NCBI GenBank assembly: GCA_038060895.1
Contig: JBBTCT010000026.1
Span: forward strand, 39,386-103,385
Reading direction: 5' to 3'
Length of the DNA: 64,000 bases
DNA from: Planctomycetota bacterium
GTDB taxonomy: Bacteria; Planctomycetota; MHYJ01; WSZJ01
Positions 21,167 to 31,794 of the stretch are shown here, piece by piece. The notes beneath the pieces are model-generated. The model made no database searches. It was not told where the DNA came from and saw nothing but the letters and a program-made list of their open reading frames with translations. The first letter of the stretch is position 1; each line of letters begins with the position of its first letter. Position numbers and translations under genes: made by a program.

Positions 21167-21919
21167 ATGCCGTCGTTTTTCTGCTGGCACGAGTTGAAGG
21201 CGCCGGACCGCCAGGCCGCAAAGGCGTTCTACGGCGGGTTGTTCGGCTGGAAGTTCGTGGATCACGACATGGGCCCGGCGGGCGTCTACACCGGGATCAT
21301 GATCGGCGCCCGCGGTATCGGTGGCATCTGCGACGCGGAGAAGGGCGCCCCGCCCCACTGGATTTCGTACGTCACGACCGACAACGTGGACGCCGCAGCC
21401 GAGCGGGCGGTGCGCAACGGAGGAAAACAGCTGTGTCCGGCCATGGACATCCCGGAGACCGGCCGTTTCGCCGTCAGCCAGGACCCGCAGGGCGCCGTCA
21501 TTTGCCCGTGGAAAGGGCTGCAGCCGTCGCGGCCGGACGCTCCGTTCGCGCCGGGAGCGTTCTGCTGGAACGAACTCGTCGCGCCGGACATCGAGAAGGA
21601 AAAGCGCTGGTACGGCGAAGTCTTCGGCTGGAAATTCCAGGACATGCCGGTTCCCGGCATGGGGACGTACACCCTGGTGAAATCCGAAGGCACGGATGTC
21701 GGCGGTATGATGCAGAAGCCACCCGGCGCCCCGGGGCCCGCAATGTGGATTGGCTACGTGTTCGTTACCGATGTGGACGCGTCGGCCGCTCAGGTCAAGA
21801 AGCTCGGCGGAAAGCTGTGGGTCGAGCCGACGGACATCCCGAACATCGGCCGGTTCTCGGTCTGCGCCGATCCTGCGGGGGCGACCTTCGCGCTGTACAA
21901 GTCGCAAGCCCAAGCCTGA
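21167..21919 (+). CDS. Tandem-domain VOC family protein
   Basis: Two FCWxEL..FYGxxFGW..GRFxVxxDPxGA repeats. Confidence 0.92.
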   Translation: MPSFFCWHELKAPDRQAAKAFYGGLFGWKFVDHDMGPAGVYTGIMIGARGIGGICDAEKGAPPHWISYVTTDNVDAAAERAVRNGGKQLCPAMDIPETGRFAVSQDPQGAVICPWKGLQPSRPDAPFAPGAFCWNELVAPDIEKEKRWYGEVFGWKFQDMPVPGMGTYTLVKSEGTDVGGMMQKPPGAPGPAMWIGYVFVTDVDASAAQVKKLGGKLWVEPTDIPNIGRFSVCADPAGATFALYKSQAQA

Positions 21920-21929
21920 GCAACAAGGG

Positions 21930-22019
21930 GAAGCCGGGGGCCAACCGGGCCCCCGGTTTCCTGCCCTTGCCCTTGCCCACCGCACAGGGGGTCACTCGTG
22001 CGGTGGGCAGGGGCAAGGG
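21930..22019. terminator. Two consecutive hairpins (terminator-like stem plus 22-bp imperfect inverted repeat)
   Basis: GAAGCCGGGGGCC/GGCCCCCGGTTTC, then CCCTTGCCCTTGCCCACCGCAC/GTGCGGTGGGCAGGGGCAAGGG. Confidence 0.65.
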
Positions 22020-22071
22020 AACAGCTCTCGAATCTGAGCAACCCATCGCTCGGCGGCTACAATCCCGCCCC

Positions 22072-24150
22072 ATGCCAAAACACCCCATGACCGTCGAGGA
22101 CCTCTGGTCCATCCCGCGCGTCGGATCGCCCGTCCCTTCCCCCGACGGCTCGCGCTTCGTCGTGACCGTCACGCAGTGGTCGATGGAATCCAACGAGGCC
22201 GTTACCCGCCTCTGGCTCTGTTCCACCGACGGCAAGTGCGCGCCCCGCGCCCTCACTCACGCCGAAGCCTCCAGCGGCCAGCCTGCCTGGAGCCCCGACG
22301 GCAAGCGGCTCCTCTTCGTCCGCAAACCCGGCGGCAAGCCCGACGAAAAGAAAAAGTCGGGGCCGAAATTTCCGGATCAACCTCAGCTTTTCCTCCTCCC
22401 CCTCGACGGCGGCGAGCCCGAGCGCCTCACCGACCTCCCTTTCGGCGCCGCCGACGCGCGCTGGTTCCCGGACGGGAAGCGGATTGCATTCCTCTGTTCC
22501 GTCTTCGCCGACAAACCATCGACGGAAGAGGCCGCCCGGCGCAAAAAAGAGCGCGAGGACGACCCCTGCAAGGTCCACGTCTCCGAGGACCGCATCTTCC
22601 GTTATTGGGATCACTGGCTCACCGACGGGCGCGTGCACCACCTCTTCGCGATGGACCTGGATTCCCGCGAAATCATGGACCTCACGCCGGGCTGGAAGCG
22701 CTGGTTCTCGCCGGAAGAGCCCTACGGGCAATACCGGATCTCGCCGGACGGCCGCGAGATCGCGTTCGGCGCCTGCGCGAGCGATCCGCCACACGACCCC
22801 TGGCTCTGGAGCGTGTTCACGGTGGGCGTCCCGCCGGTGATCCGCGCCGGCGCGCGCGCCGGCCGCATCCGGAAAATCGCTTCGCCTGAATTCCGCGACA
22901 CGTCGGGCCCGCAGTACACCCCCGACGGCCGGTGGATCATCTACGGCATGTCGCGCGAATTCGACTTCTACGCGGACAAGACGCGGCTGGTGGCTCTCAA
23001 CCGCGCGACGGGAAAGCACACTGTGCTGACGGAGGCCTGGGACCGCTCGGCAAGCGGGTGGGGATTCTCGGCGGATTCGCGCACGATCTACATCCGCGCC
23101 GAGGACCGCGCGCGGTCAACGCTGTACGCGCTGGACATCGAAGCGGCAGTGCGCGCGCCGAAGAAAAACGCACCGCGGCCCCTCGTTCGCCAGAACACGT
23201 TCGGGTCGCCCGAAATCGCGGGAGGAAAAGCCTTCGTCTCGATTTCGAGCGTCAACTCCCCGCCGGAAGCGGCGATCATCGACCTGAAATCGAAGCGCCT
23301 GCGCCGCGCGACGGAATTCACCAAGCCGGGGATGAAGGACATCCAGCTTTCCGCAGTGGAAGAAACGCACGTGACCGGCGCCGCAGGGGAGCCGGTGCAG
23401 ATGTGGATCTTCTACCCGCCCGGCATGAAAAAACCGTCGGGACCGCTTCCCGCGGGGAAGCGCCTCCCGCTCGTCCACGTGATCCACGGCGGCCCGCACG
23501 GCACGTTCGGGGACGACTGGCACTGGCGCTGGAACGCGCACGCCTTCGCGGCCCCGGGCTACGTGGTCGCGCTCGTGAACTTCCACGGCTCGACGGGCTG
23601 GGGGCAGAACTTCGCCGCGTCGATTCTCGGACGCTGGGGCGATCAACCCTACTTCGACATCACCGTCGCGACCGACATGCTCATCGCCCGCGGCCTCGTC
23701 GACCCGAAGCGGATGGCCGCGACCGGCGGCTCCTACGGCGGTTACATGGCCGCCTGGATCGCGAGCCAGACGGACCGCTTCAGCTGCATCGTCAACCACG
23801 CCGGCGTAAGCGATCTTCAGACGCAGTACGGAAGCGACGTCACGCAGGGCCGCCAGCGCTCGATGGGCGGCGAGCCCTGGGATCGCGTCGAGGGGATGGA
23901 CCGCTGGAACCCGATGCGCCACGCGCGCGGATTCAAGACGCCGATGCTGATCGTGCATGGCGAGCGCGACTACCGCGTCCCGTACGGGCAGGGGCTGGAA
24001 ATCTACAACGTGTACAAGGCGATGAAGCTGCCCGCGCGGCTGGTGGTGTATCCCGAGGAGAACCACTGGATCCTGAAGCCGCGCACGAGCCGGCACTGGT
24101 ACGGAGAAGTGCTGGGGTGGCTCAAGAAGTGGATCGGGAGGAAGCGGTAA
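22072..24150 (+). CDS. S9 family peptidase (acylaminoacyl/prolyl oligopeptidase)
   Basis: PD40-like SPDG repeats, IHGGPH, GGSYGG nucleophile, HGERDYRVP and EENHW. Confidence 0.93.
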   Translation: MPKHPMTVEDLWSIPRVGSPVPSPDGSRFVVTVTQWSMESNEAVTRLWLCSTDGKCAPRALTHAEASSGQPAWSPDGKRLLFVRKPGGKPDEKKKSGPKFPDQPQLFLLPLDGGEPERLTDLPFGAADARWFPDGKRIAFLCSVFADKPSTEEAARRKKEREDDPCKVHVSEDRIFRYWDHWLTDGRVHHLFAMDLDSREIMDLTPGWKRWFSPEEPYGQYRISPDGREIAFGACASDPPHDPWLWSVFTVGVPPVIRAGARAGRIRKIASPEFRDTSGPQYTPDGRWIIYGMSREFDFYADKTRLVALNRATGKHTVLTEAWDRSASGWGFSADSRTIYIRAEDRARSTLYALDIEAAVRAPKKNAPRPLVRQNTFGSPEIAGGKAFVSISSVNSPPEAAIIDLKSKRLRRATEFTKPGMKDIQLSAVEETHVTGAAGEPVQMWIFYPPGMKKPSGPLPAGKRLPLVHVIHGGPHGTFGDDWHWRWNAHAFAAPGYVVALVNFHGSTGWGQNFAASILGRWGDQPYFDITVATDMLIARGLVDPKRMAATGGSYGGYMAAWIASQTDRFSCIVNHAGVSDLQTQYGSDVTQGRQRSMGGEPWDRVEGMDRWNPMRHARGFKTPMLIVHGERDYRVPYGQGLEIYNVYKAMKLPARLVVYPEENHWILKPRTSRHWYGEVLGWLKKWIGRKR

Positions 24151-24200
24151 GCAAGAGGATTGGGATGGAGTCCATGACTCGTAACCAGGAGGGCCTTCGC

Positions 24201-25016
24201 ATGAGTTCAGCTCCGCTCGATCTTGCGGCCGTCACGAACAAACAGAAGTCCGTCTGGGGCTCGGGAGACTTCAACGTCCTCGCGCTCAAAACCATGGTCG
24301 TGAGCGACGCGCTGTGCGCAGCGCTCGACCCGCAGGCGGGGCAGAAGGTGCTCGACGTCGCGTGTGGAAGCGGCAACGGGGCGCTGGTCGCTGCCCGGCG
24401 CGCTTGCGACGTGACGGGGATTGACTACGTCGGGTCGCTCGTCGAGCGCGCAAAAGTGCGCGCCGCGGCGGAGGGGACGACGATCGATTTTCGCGAAGCG
24501 GACGCGCAGGCGCTTCCCTTTCCGGACTCGTCCTTCGACGTTGTGATGTCGGTGTTCGGGGTGATGTTCGCGCCGGACCAGGAGAAGTCGGCGGCGGAGC
24601 TGTTGCGCGTGTGCAAGCCCGGGGGGAAGATCGGGCTGGCCACGTGGATGCCGGAGGGATTCGGCGGCGATTTCTTCAAGACGGTGAGGACGTACGCCCC
24701 GCCCCCGGAGGGTTTGAAGCCGCCGACGCGCTGGGGGACCGAAGCGGGGCTGCGCGAGCTGCTCGGCGGCGGGACAAGCGCGCTCGTTCATGAACGGAGG
24801 ACGTTCATCCAGCACTTCCGCTCGACGGATCATGCGCTCGAAACGATGTTCCGCTACTTCGGGCCGATCGTCCGGGCGCACGAAAACCAGGACGAGAAGG
24901 GCCGCGCCGCGCTTCGCAAGGACGTGGCTGACTGCTTCAGCCGCTTCAACAAGGGCGGCAATGGTCCGCCGGCGTTCGAGTGTGCGTACATGTCGACGAT
25001 CGCGACTCGCAAATAG
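24201..25016 (+). CDS. Class I SAM-dependent methyltransferase
   Basis: VLDVACGSGN, DAQALPFPDSSFDVV and FGVMFAPD. Confidence 0.92.
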   Translation: MSSAPLDLAAVTNKQKSVWGSGDFNVLALKTMVVSDALCAALDPQAGQKVLDVACGSGNGALVAARRACDVTGIDYVGSLVERAKVRAAAEGTTIDFREADAQALPFPDSSFDVVMSVFGVMFAPDQEKSAAELLRVCKPGGKIGLATWMPEGFGGDFFKTVRTYAPPPEGLKPPTRWGTEAGLRELLGGGTSALVHERRTFIQHFRSTDHALETMFRYFGPIVRAHENQDEKGRAALRKDVADCFSRFNKGGNGPPAFECAYMSTIATRK

Positions 25017-25024
25017 CCGTCAGG

Positions 25025-27676
25025 TCAGATTTCGCGATGCGGCTGTCCCAATCGCACGACGCCGGCGAGCCGGAAACCGGTCGTCGACTCCAGCGACGCG
25101 GGGTTGTTCGCCATGCGGTGTGCCGCGCGTGCGTAGAGGAAGGATCGTGACCAGCCGGAGCCGCGGTTCTGGCGGCGCTGGGGGAACTGCTTGCCGGCCG
25201 CGTTCAGGCACTGCTCCTGCACGTTGCCCGCGAGACCGCGGATGCCCCACGGCGACTCGTCGCGCGGAAAGTCCGACGGACGCGCGGGGCGGGGGCCGTC
25301 CTGGAGGGAGTCAACGACGTTGCACCAGGTCGGGTCGAAGCGCTTTCCCCAGGGGAACGAGCGGCCGTCCACGCCGCGCGCGGCGGCTTCCCACTGGTCG
25401 CCGAGGGGTAGGGTGAAGAGCCAACCGTCGCGGGCGGAGAGCCAACGCGCGTAGGCCATCGCGTCGAACCAGGTGACGCTCATCACTGGCCACTCCGGGT
25501 CCCAGGCGCGGACGTGGGTGGCGGGAAAGCCGATGCTCTTGTCGGGATCCTCCTTCTGCGCCGCGAACCACTCCGCGGTCGGCAGGATCCACTTGTTTCC
25601 AACGCGCGGCCACCAGGGCCGGTTCGGCGCCATCGACGAACGAGGCACCCGGCGCGCCGCTTCCTCCGGGGGCAGCCCGTCGAGGAACGCGGCGTAGTCG
25701 CGAGCACTGACGACGTCGCGCTTGAGGAAAAAGTCGGGGATCCGCTCGACGACGGCGTTGCGCGCCATTGCGACGTCGCGGTCGCCCTGAAGCGTCGTTT
25801 CGGTCTCGAGGATGGGTTGGAACCCCGGCGGGACTTCGCCGGCCCGGAAGAGCGTCACATCGAGGACCGACGCCTGGCCGCGGCGGACGCGCACGAGCGA
25901 CCGCGCCGCGCGTCCGTCGGCCGCGACGACAACGACGAGCCAGGCGCCGACGCCGAGGGGAAGAGGCGAGGTGGACGCGAGGAGTCTTCCGGGGCCGCGC
26001 GGACGGTAGGGGGAGGCGCCGAAGAGTGCGTCCATCGCCGCCGTGGGCGGAGGCTCGCCTCCGCTGCCCGCTGTCTGCGGAACGAGGACGCGGTCCGCCT
26101 CGGCGTAGAGCCAGACCCAGGCCTTGATGCCTGCGACGGGTGTGGCGCGGCATGAGGCGGCGTGCACGCGCAGCCGTAGCGGGCTTCCCGGTTCCGGCTC
26201 GGGTGCAAATGAGGGGCTGTCGCCCGCCAGCAATCGGCCCGACCAGGGGTGCCATCCCTGCAAGTCGAGTTCGCCGGGCGATACGTCCCTTCCTTGCGCC
26301 AGGCAGCCGCAGCTGAACGCCCGCGCCCGGACCTCCAGCGTCCCTTCGTCGCGAAGCGCCTCCGCGAGCGCGCCGTCGTGGAACTGCTCGGCGACACGCC
26401 GGTTCACGACCATCTCGGATTCGTCGCCCGCTTCTTCGGCTTCGAGGAATCTCTGCCAGGCGAGTTCCGCGCGGAGGCGGCGCGCTTCCGCGTGGTCGGG
26501 GACATGCGACAGTGCGGATGCGAGCGCGCCGAGAGCGTCGGCGTAGACCTCGAGGCTGCGCCGCCGCGAAGTCTCCGCGCGATCCCGCGCTGCCCACAGC
26601 GGCGCCTTCGCGGATTCTCCTTCCCACGTCGGGATCGTCTCGGTCAGCGTCCGCGCCTCGCGCCCGGCGGCGAGCGCGTCCGCCGCGAGCTGCCGCCGCA
26701 GGTCCATGGCCGCCCGCGCGCGCTTCAGCTCCCCGGCCGCCTCTCCCTCGCGCCGCTCGCGGTCCTTCGATCCTTCGAGCCAGGCGTCGAGTTCCGCGGA
26801 GAGCTCGGCGACGCCCTCGTAGCGGTCCTCGCTTCTCGGCGAGAGCGCGCGCAGGCAGATCGCCTCGAGCTCCGGCGGCGCCGGCCGTCGCTTCGACGGA
26901 GGCTCGACGTTGCCCCTGCGGGCGCTCTCGAGGCACTCCGTGGCCGTCGCGCCGGCGTGCGGCGGCTGCCCCGCGAGAATTTCGTAGAGCGTCGCGCCGA
27001 GCGAGTAGACGTCGCTCCTGCGGTCGATGTCGGCGAGCCGCCCGCGCGCCTGCTCCGGGGACATGTACGCCGGGGTCCCCAGCACGTCGCCGTCCAGCGT
27101 GAGCTGGGAAGTCTCGCCCGACCCGGCGGTGAGGTCGAGACTCCCCGGCACCGCGCCGCGCAGCGTCTCCTCCGGCTCCGCGACAACGCGCGCAAGCCCC
27201 CAGTCCACCACCAGCGTCTCGCCGAATTCGCCCAGCATGATGTTCGCCGGTTTCAGGTCGCGGTGAATCACGCCCTTCGCATGCGCGTACGCGACGGCGC
27301 GGCAGGCGTCGCGAAGAGCCTCGACGAGCCGCCGGAGCTTCCACTTCCCTTCGCGGATAACGCGATGCATGTCCTGGCCGCCGATTTTCTTCATGGCGAT
27401 GAAGAGCTGGCCGTTCCCGTGAAGCCTGCCGATTTCGTGGACGGGGACCACGCCGGGGTGCTCGAGACGGCCGGTCACGCGCCCTTCCCAGCGGAAGCGC
27501 TCGACGGTGTGAAGCGGGGCGTCCGCGCGGAGAAGTTTAAGAGCGACGGGGCGACCGATGGCGGTGTCGGTGGCCTCGATGACTGAGCCGAATCCGCCGC
27601 GTCCGAGCTCGGGGCCGGGAATGTAGCGCGGCGCGGCCGGTGGGCCGGACGAGTCAGCGGGGTCCGGCTCTTCCAT
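25025..27676 (-). CDS. Ser/Thr kinase with C-terminal FGE-sulfatase (SUMF1) domain
   Basis: GRGGFG, HRDLKPANIM and DWGLA. C-terminal WEAAARGVDGRSFPWG, SPWGIRGLAGNV and TGFRL. Confidence 0.92.
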   Translation of the reverse strand: MEEPDPADSSGPPAAPRYIPGPELGRGGFGSVIEATDTAIGRPVALKLLRADAPLHTVERFRWEGRVTGRLEHPGVVPVHEIGRLHGNGQLFIAMKKIGGQDMHRVIREGKWKLRRLVEALRDACRAVAYAHAKGVIHRDLKPANIMLGEFGETLVVDWGLARVVAEPEETLRGAVPGSLDLTAGSGETSQLTLDGDVLGTPAYMSPEQARGRLADIDRRSDVYSLGATLYEILAGQPPHAGATATECLESARRGNVEPPSKRRPAPPELEAICLRALSPRSEDRYEGVAELSAELDAWLEGSKDRERREGEAAGELKRARAAMDLRRQLAADALAAGREARTLTETIPTWEGESAKAPLWAARDRAETSRRRSLEVYADALGALASALSHVPDHAEARRLRAELAWQRFLEAEEAGDESEMVVNRRVAEQFHDGALAEALRDEGTLEVRARAFSCGCLAQGRDVSPGELDLQGWHPWSGRLLAGDSPSFAPEPEPGSPLRLRVHAASCRATPVAGIKAWVWLYAEADRVLVPQTAGSGGEPPPTAAMDALFGASPYRPRGPGRLLASTSPLPLGVGAWLVVVVAADGRAARSLVRVRRGQASVLDVTLFRAGEVPPGFQPILETETTLQGDRDVAMARNAVVERIPDFFLKRDVVSARDYAAFLDGLPPEEAARRVPRSSMAPNRPWWPRVGNKWILPTAEWFAAQKEDPDKSIGFPATHVRAWDPEWPVMSVTWFDAMAYARWLSARDGWLFTLPLGDQWEAAARGVDGRSFPWGKRFDPTWCNVVDSLQDGPRPARPSDFPRDESPWGIRGLAGNVQEQCLNAAGKQFPQRRQNRGSGWSRSFLYARAAHRMANNPASLESTTGFRLAGVVRLGQPHREI

Positions 27677-27761
27677 CCTGGTGGGTCCCCTGAAATCGCG
27701 GCAGGAGGGAACTTTATCGTGCCGCGCGTCCAGAGTGGCCGAAATAGCCGATCATGGGCCT

Positions 27762-28535
27762 GTGCTTCCACTCCTCATCGTGCTGGGCATCGCCGGCGCC
27801 GTCATCCTTCTGCTTTACGTCGTCGCTCCGCTCATCGTGTTTTTCATGCATCGACAGTCGCCCGCCCCGGAGGTCCTTCCTCACGACCCGGGCCCGTACC
27901 CGACCCCCGCCGACGAGTTTTTCAATGAACTCGGCCCGCGTCTCGCCGACCTGGGCTTCGGCGAAACCCAGCGCTGGTCGTTCCGCGGGTTCGCGCCCAA
28001 CGTCGCCGCCGAATTCTGCACGATGGCCGACCGCCGCCGGCGGGTCTTGGCAGTCGGGTACGTCATGCACGTGCGCCGCGGTAACGTCTTCCGGCCGCAC
28101 TCGACCTTCCTCGAACTCGTTTCCAGCGAGGGAAAAACCCGCACCCTCAACACTTCTAACTCCACGACGCCGCTGCTGGTCACCGACATGGGAGAGCGCC
28201 GGATCGTCCTGCTCCCCTCGCTTCAGGATCCCTCAGCCCTCCTGAACGCCCATCAGAAGCTGGTCTCTCGCGACAGGCTCGCCACATCCGCCCAGGAACC
28301 GCCCTCCCGTGCTGAAATCCCCGGGCGGGTGCGAGAAGCGATCGCCGCGTCCCATGCGTGGCAGGTTTCGATCGGGCTCCTCTCGCCCCTCCCCAGCGGG
28401 AGCTTCCGGCTGACGCTCAAGGGCGCGTTTCTCTTCACATGGACGGCGCTTCCTCCCGGAAAGCAGTGGCTCAAGCGTCGATGCGCGGCCCGGGAAGCGC
28501 TTCTGCTGAAGGACCTCGGCATCGTGAGCGCGTGA
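27762..28535 (+). CDS. Hypothetical protein with N-terminal TM helix
   Basis: Long ORF with hydrophobic N-terminus. Start codon uncertain. Confidence 0.6.
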   Translation: MLPLLIVLGIAGAVILLLYVVAPLIVFFMHRQSPAPEVLPHDPGPYPTPADEFFNELGPRLADLGFGETQRWSFRGFAPNVAAEFCTMADRRRRVLAVGYVMHVRRGNVFRPHSTFLELVSSEGKTRTLNTSNSTTPLLVTDMGERRIVLLPSLQDPSALLNAHQKLVSRDRLATSAQEPPSRAEIPGRVREAIAASHAWQVSIGLLSPLPSGSFRLTLKGAFLFTWTALPPGKQWLKRRCAAREALLLKDLGIVSA

Positions 28536-28589
28536 GTGACGGTCGCCCGTCGTGCCGATATCATCTGCGGGGTCGCCGGCGGGCCCACG

Positions 28590-29993
28590 ATGCTGAAACG
28601 ACACTCCCAGCTGATCGAAGCCTTCATGTTCCTCGCGGACATGGCCGTCACCGCAGGGGCGTGGGCATTTGCCTTCTGGGTCCGGTTTGACTCCGGGTTG
28701 TTCGAGGCGCAGAAGGGCCGGCCGGATTTCGCCCACTACGCGAAATTCCTGCCCGCGGTGCTGGTCCTTGCCGCGGTCTCCTATCGCGCGTTCCGGTTCT
28801 ACTCCGCGCGCCGCAGCGACTCGCTCCTTACCGAGTGGTTCGACATCGCACGGGCCCAGATCATGCTGTTCCTGTTCATGACCGGCCTGACCTTCGTTTA
28901 CAAGTCCTTCGAATACTCGCGGCTTGTGTTCGGGATTTTCATTGCGCTGAATTTCGTGGCGCTGGCGGTCGAGCGGACTTCGGTGCGCATTGCCCTCCGG
29001 TGGGCACGGCGGCACGGCTGGAACCTGCGGCGCGCCCTGATCGTCGGAGCGGGACGAACCGGGCAGGAGCTGGCGCTTTCGCTTCGGCGGCATCGCTGGA
29101 TGGGGATCGTGCCCGCGGGCTACGTGGACGGCCGCGAGGACCGGCTCGGGAAGAAGTTCCACCGCGTGCTCGTCGTCGGAAAACCGGAGGACCTCCCGGC
29201 GCTGATCAAGGAGCACAGCGCCGACCAGGTCTACGTCGCTCTTCCGGCGCGTGAACACGAGACCTTCGAGAAAGTGATGGAGCTCCTCTCGGAGGAAACC
29301 GCCGACATCCGCGTCATCCCCGACATCGGCTCCTTCGACGCGCTCAACCACTCGATTTCCGACATCGACGGCCTCCCCGTCATTCTCCTCAGGGAGTCGC
29401 CGTTGTACGGATGGAACCTCCTCCTGAAGCGCTTCCTGGACTTCGCCTTCAGCGGCTTCGCCCTGCTTCTGATTTCCCCGGTCCTCGCGTTCGTCGCCAT
29501 CGGCGTTAAACTGTCCTCGCCCGGTCCCGTCTTCTACGGCCAGGAACGCATGGGCCTCGACGGGCGCACGTTCAAGATGTGGAAGTTCCGCTCGATGCGT
29601 GTCGATGCCGAAGCGCAGACCGGTGCGAAGTGGGCGACCGCGGACGACCCGCGCAAGACGAAGTTCGGCGCGTTCATCCGCAAGACCTCGCTCGACGAGC
29701 TCCCGCAGTTCTGGAACGTTCTCGTCGGAGACATGAGCGTCGTCGGCCCGCGCCCCGAACGTCCGGTCTTCATCCAGGACTTCAAGAAGCAGATCCCGCG
29801 CTACATGCTGCGGCACAAGATGAAGGCAGGGATTACCGGATGGGCGCAGGTGAACGGGTGGCGCGGGAACACCTCGCTCAAGAAGCGGATCCAGTACGAC
29901 CTGTACTACATCGAGAACTGGTCGCTGTGGCTCGACGTGCGAATCATCCTGCTCACGGTGATCCGGGGATTCGTGAATCCGAATGCGTACTGA
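28590..29993 (+). CDS. wcaJ: Undecaprenyl-phosphate glucose phosphotransferase (WcaJ-type)
   Basis: N-terminal TMs, ALIVGAG, KRFLD, KFRSM, SLDELPQFWNVLVGDMSVVGPRPE and GITGWAQVNG. Confidence 0.9.
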   Translation: MLKRHSQLIEAFMFLADMAVTAGAWAFAFWVRFDSGLFEAQKGRPDFAHYAKFLPAVLVLAAVSYRAFRFYSARRSDSLLTEWFDIARAQIMLFLFMTGLTFVYKSFEYSRLVFGIFIALNFVALAVERTSVRIALRWARRHGWNLRRALIVGAGRTGQELALSLRRHRWMGIVPAGYVDGREDRLGKKFHRVLVVGKPEDLPALIKEHSADQVYVALPAREHETFEKVMELLSEETADIRVIPDIGSFDALNHSISDIDGLPVILLRESPLYGWNLLLKRFLDFAFSGFALLLISPVLAFVAIGVKLSSPGPVFYGQERMGLDGRTFKMWKFRSMRVDAEAQTGAKWATADDPRKTKFGAFIRKTSLDELPQFWNVLVGDMSVVGPRPERPVFIQDFKKQIPRYMLRHKMKAGITGWAQVNGWRGNTSLKKRIQYDLYYIENWSLWLDVRIILLTVIRGFVNPNAY

Positions 29994-30022
29994 CAAGTGC
30001 GGCAAGGTCCTGACAGGACATG

Positions 30023-30063
30023 GAGGCACAGAGAAAGGAAGAAACAGTATTTCTCTGTGCCTC
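30023..30063. repeat. REP-like palindrome
   Basis: GAGGCACAGAGAAA-N13-TTTCTCTGTGCCTC, a 14-bp perfect stem. Confidence 0.7.
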
Positions 30064-30218
30064 GGCGCCTCAGTGGTGAGGTCGTTCGACGAATGACCGG
30101 ACCATCGACGCCGCGCAGTACTCTCCGTGACCTTCGTGTCGGCCGATTGGCCTTCAGTCGGCGTTTCCACTCCACGATCTAACTTCACGCCCCGCGCCTT
30201 CTGACCGACACTCTTCCG

Positions 30219-31712
30219 ATGCCCGAGGTCGCCCCGGCTCCGGATCCGCCCGCTGCTGACGCTCCGGAGCCCTCATCTCGCGTCATTCCCACGCTCGCCG
30301 CCATCGTCGCGCTCGCATTCGCCGCGCGGCTGGGGTGCTTTCTCCTCAAGGCCACCGTTGCGACCGACGCCTACTACTACGTGCGCATCGCGAAGATGAT
30401 GCTCGCCGGCGACTGGCACCACGCCCTGACGCATGGGTACCACCCGCTGTATCCTGCGCTGACGGCCCTCTCCTCATTCGTCTTCGGCGACGTCGCGGCC
30501 GCCGGGCATGCCGTCTCGATCCTGCTCGGCGCGCTCACGGCCGTCCCCGCGTGGTTCATCGGCGCGCGACTCGGCGGCCTTCGCTCGGCGCTCTTCGCGT
30601 CGCTACTGGTCGCCGTTCACCCGGATTGCGTCGATGTCGGAAGCGACATTCTCGTCGAAGCGACGTTCGTGTTCTTCTTCATCAGCGGCGTCGCCTGCGC
30701 GCTGCGCGCCGTGGCGCTGCTTGACCTGCGCGCCGCCGCACTCGCCGGACTCGCCGGCGGCCTCGCCTACCTGACGCGCCCGGAGGGACTTGCCCTTCCT
30801 GCCTTCGCCGCCATCGCGATTTTCGTCGCGGGGCTCCCTCGTTTTTGCGCGACCGCGGCGCCCCGATGGGGTCGCCGTGCTACGGCCGCTTCGGTGACCG
30901 TCGCCGTCTTCCTCGCCTGTTTCGTGCCCTACGTCGTCAAGATCCACGATCACCTGGGCCGGTGGGCCGTCACCGGAAAATCGGGAGGCGAAGCCTTCGT
31001 GGCGGGTGCGAAGGAGGGAACGGGCGAGGGGCAGAAGACGGTCACGGAAAAAGGAACGCAGAACCCGCTCTACCGCCCCTGGTATTTCGTGCGCAAGTTC
31101 AGCATGACGATCTACCTCGGCTTCCTCCCCCTCCTCCTCGCCGCCGCGTTTGTCTCCGTCCCGCGCGCGCCGGACCACCGCCTCGCGCGCCTCGCGCTCT
31201 TCGGTCTCCTCGCCATTTACCTCCCGCCGCTTCTGCGCCTGCTTTACGCAAAGGGCTACCTTTCAACCCGCCACCTTCTCCTTCCGTCCGTGGTCGTCGT
31301 TCTTCTCCTCGCTCCGTTCGCGGCCGCGCTGTCCGAAAAATGGAAACGAGGACTGGCGACTCTCGTGCTCCTCCTCGCCGCCGTGGCTCTTCCAAAATCC
31401 CTGCGCCCCGGCCGCCGCGACCAGCTTCCGCTGAAGGAAGCCGGGCTCTGGCTGCGCGCGACGGCGCCGGGAGCGGAGCTGATGGGCCCCGAGAAGGTGG
31501 CGTTCTACGCCGGTGTCAATTTCCGGATCGTGCCGGACTCCAGGGAGAGCCGGGGCATCGAGGCGGACATGCGCGAGGCGCAAGTGATGTGGCTCGTGCT
31601 GCTCGAATCCGATGAGCCCGGCGTGTCGGCGAAGCTCGACGGGCGGTTCCAGCTCGTAAAGGAATGCGGCAACGGCGAAGGCCGGGTCCAGGTGTTTCGC
31701 CTGGCCCCGTAG
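30219..31712 (+). CDS. GT-C fold membrane glycosyltransferase (PMT_2/ArnT-like)
   Basis: TDAYYY..YHPLYP, multiple TMs and LAYLTRPEG. Confidence 0.8.
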   Translation: MPEVAPAPDPPAADAPEPSSRVIPTLAAIVALAFAARLGCFLLKATVATDAYYYVRIAKMMLAGDWHHALTHGYHPLYPALTALSSFVFGDVAAAGHAVSILLGALTAVPAWFIGARLGGLRSALFASLLVAVHPDCVDVGSDILVEATFVFFFISGVACALRAVALLDLRAAALAGLAGGLAYLTRPEGLALPAFAAIAIFVAGLPRFCATAAPRWGRRATAASVTVAVFLACFVPYVVKIHDHLGRWAVTGKSGGEAFVAGAKEGTGEGQKTVTEKGTQNPLYRPWYFVRKFSMTIYLGFLPLLLAAAFVSVPRAPDHRLARLALFGLLAIYLPPLLRLLYAKGYLSTRHLLLPSVVVVLLLAPFAAALSEKWKRGLATLVLLLAAVALPKSLRPGRRDQLPLKEAGLWLRATAPGAELMGPEKVAFYAGVNFRIVPDSRESRGIEADMREAQVMWLVLLESDEPGVSAKLDGRFQLVKECGNGEGRVQVFRLAP

Positions 31713-31794
31713 TCCCCGTCCTTGATCCGCGCGCCCCACAACTCGATAATGCGCCCTTCAGCGCGCTCTCCCTCTTTCTGCGAGGATTTCACCT

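Noticed and set aside
25025-25500. FGE-sulfatase C-terminus as the variable region of a DGR driven by the RT at 51 kb
   Set aside because: No template repeat differing at adenines and no avd gene were seen. The RT has group II-like SP rather than the DGR SQ motif, and kinase-FGE fusions are common without DGRs.
28233-30188. 651-aa minus-strand ORF and similar long shadow ORFs (e.g. 3022..4542, 16168..17730, 25311..27344)
   Set aside because: They overlap well-supported genes, lack motifs, and are expected in high-GC DNA.
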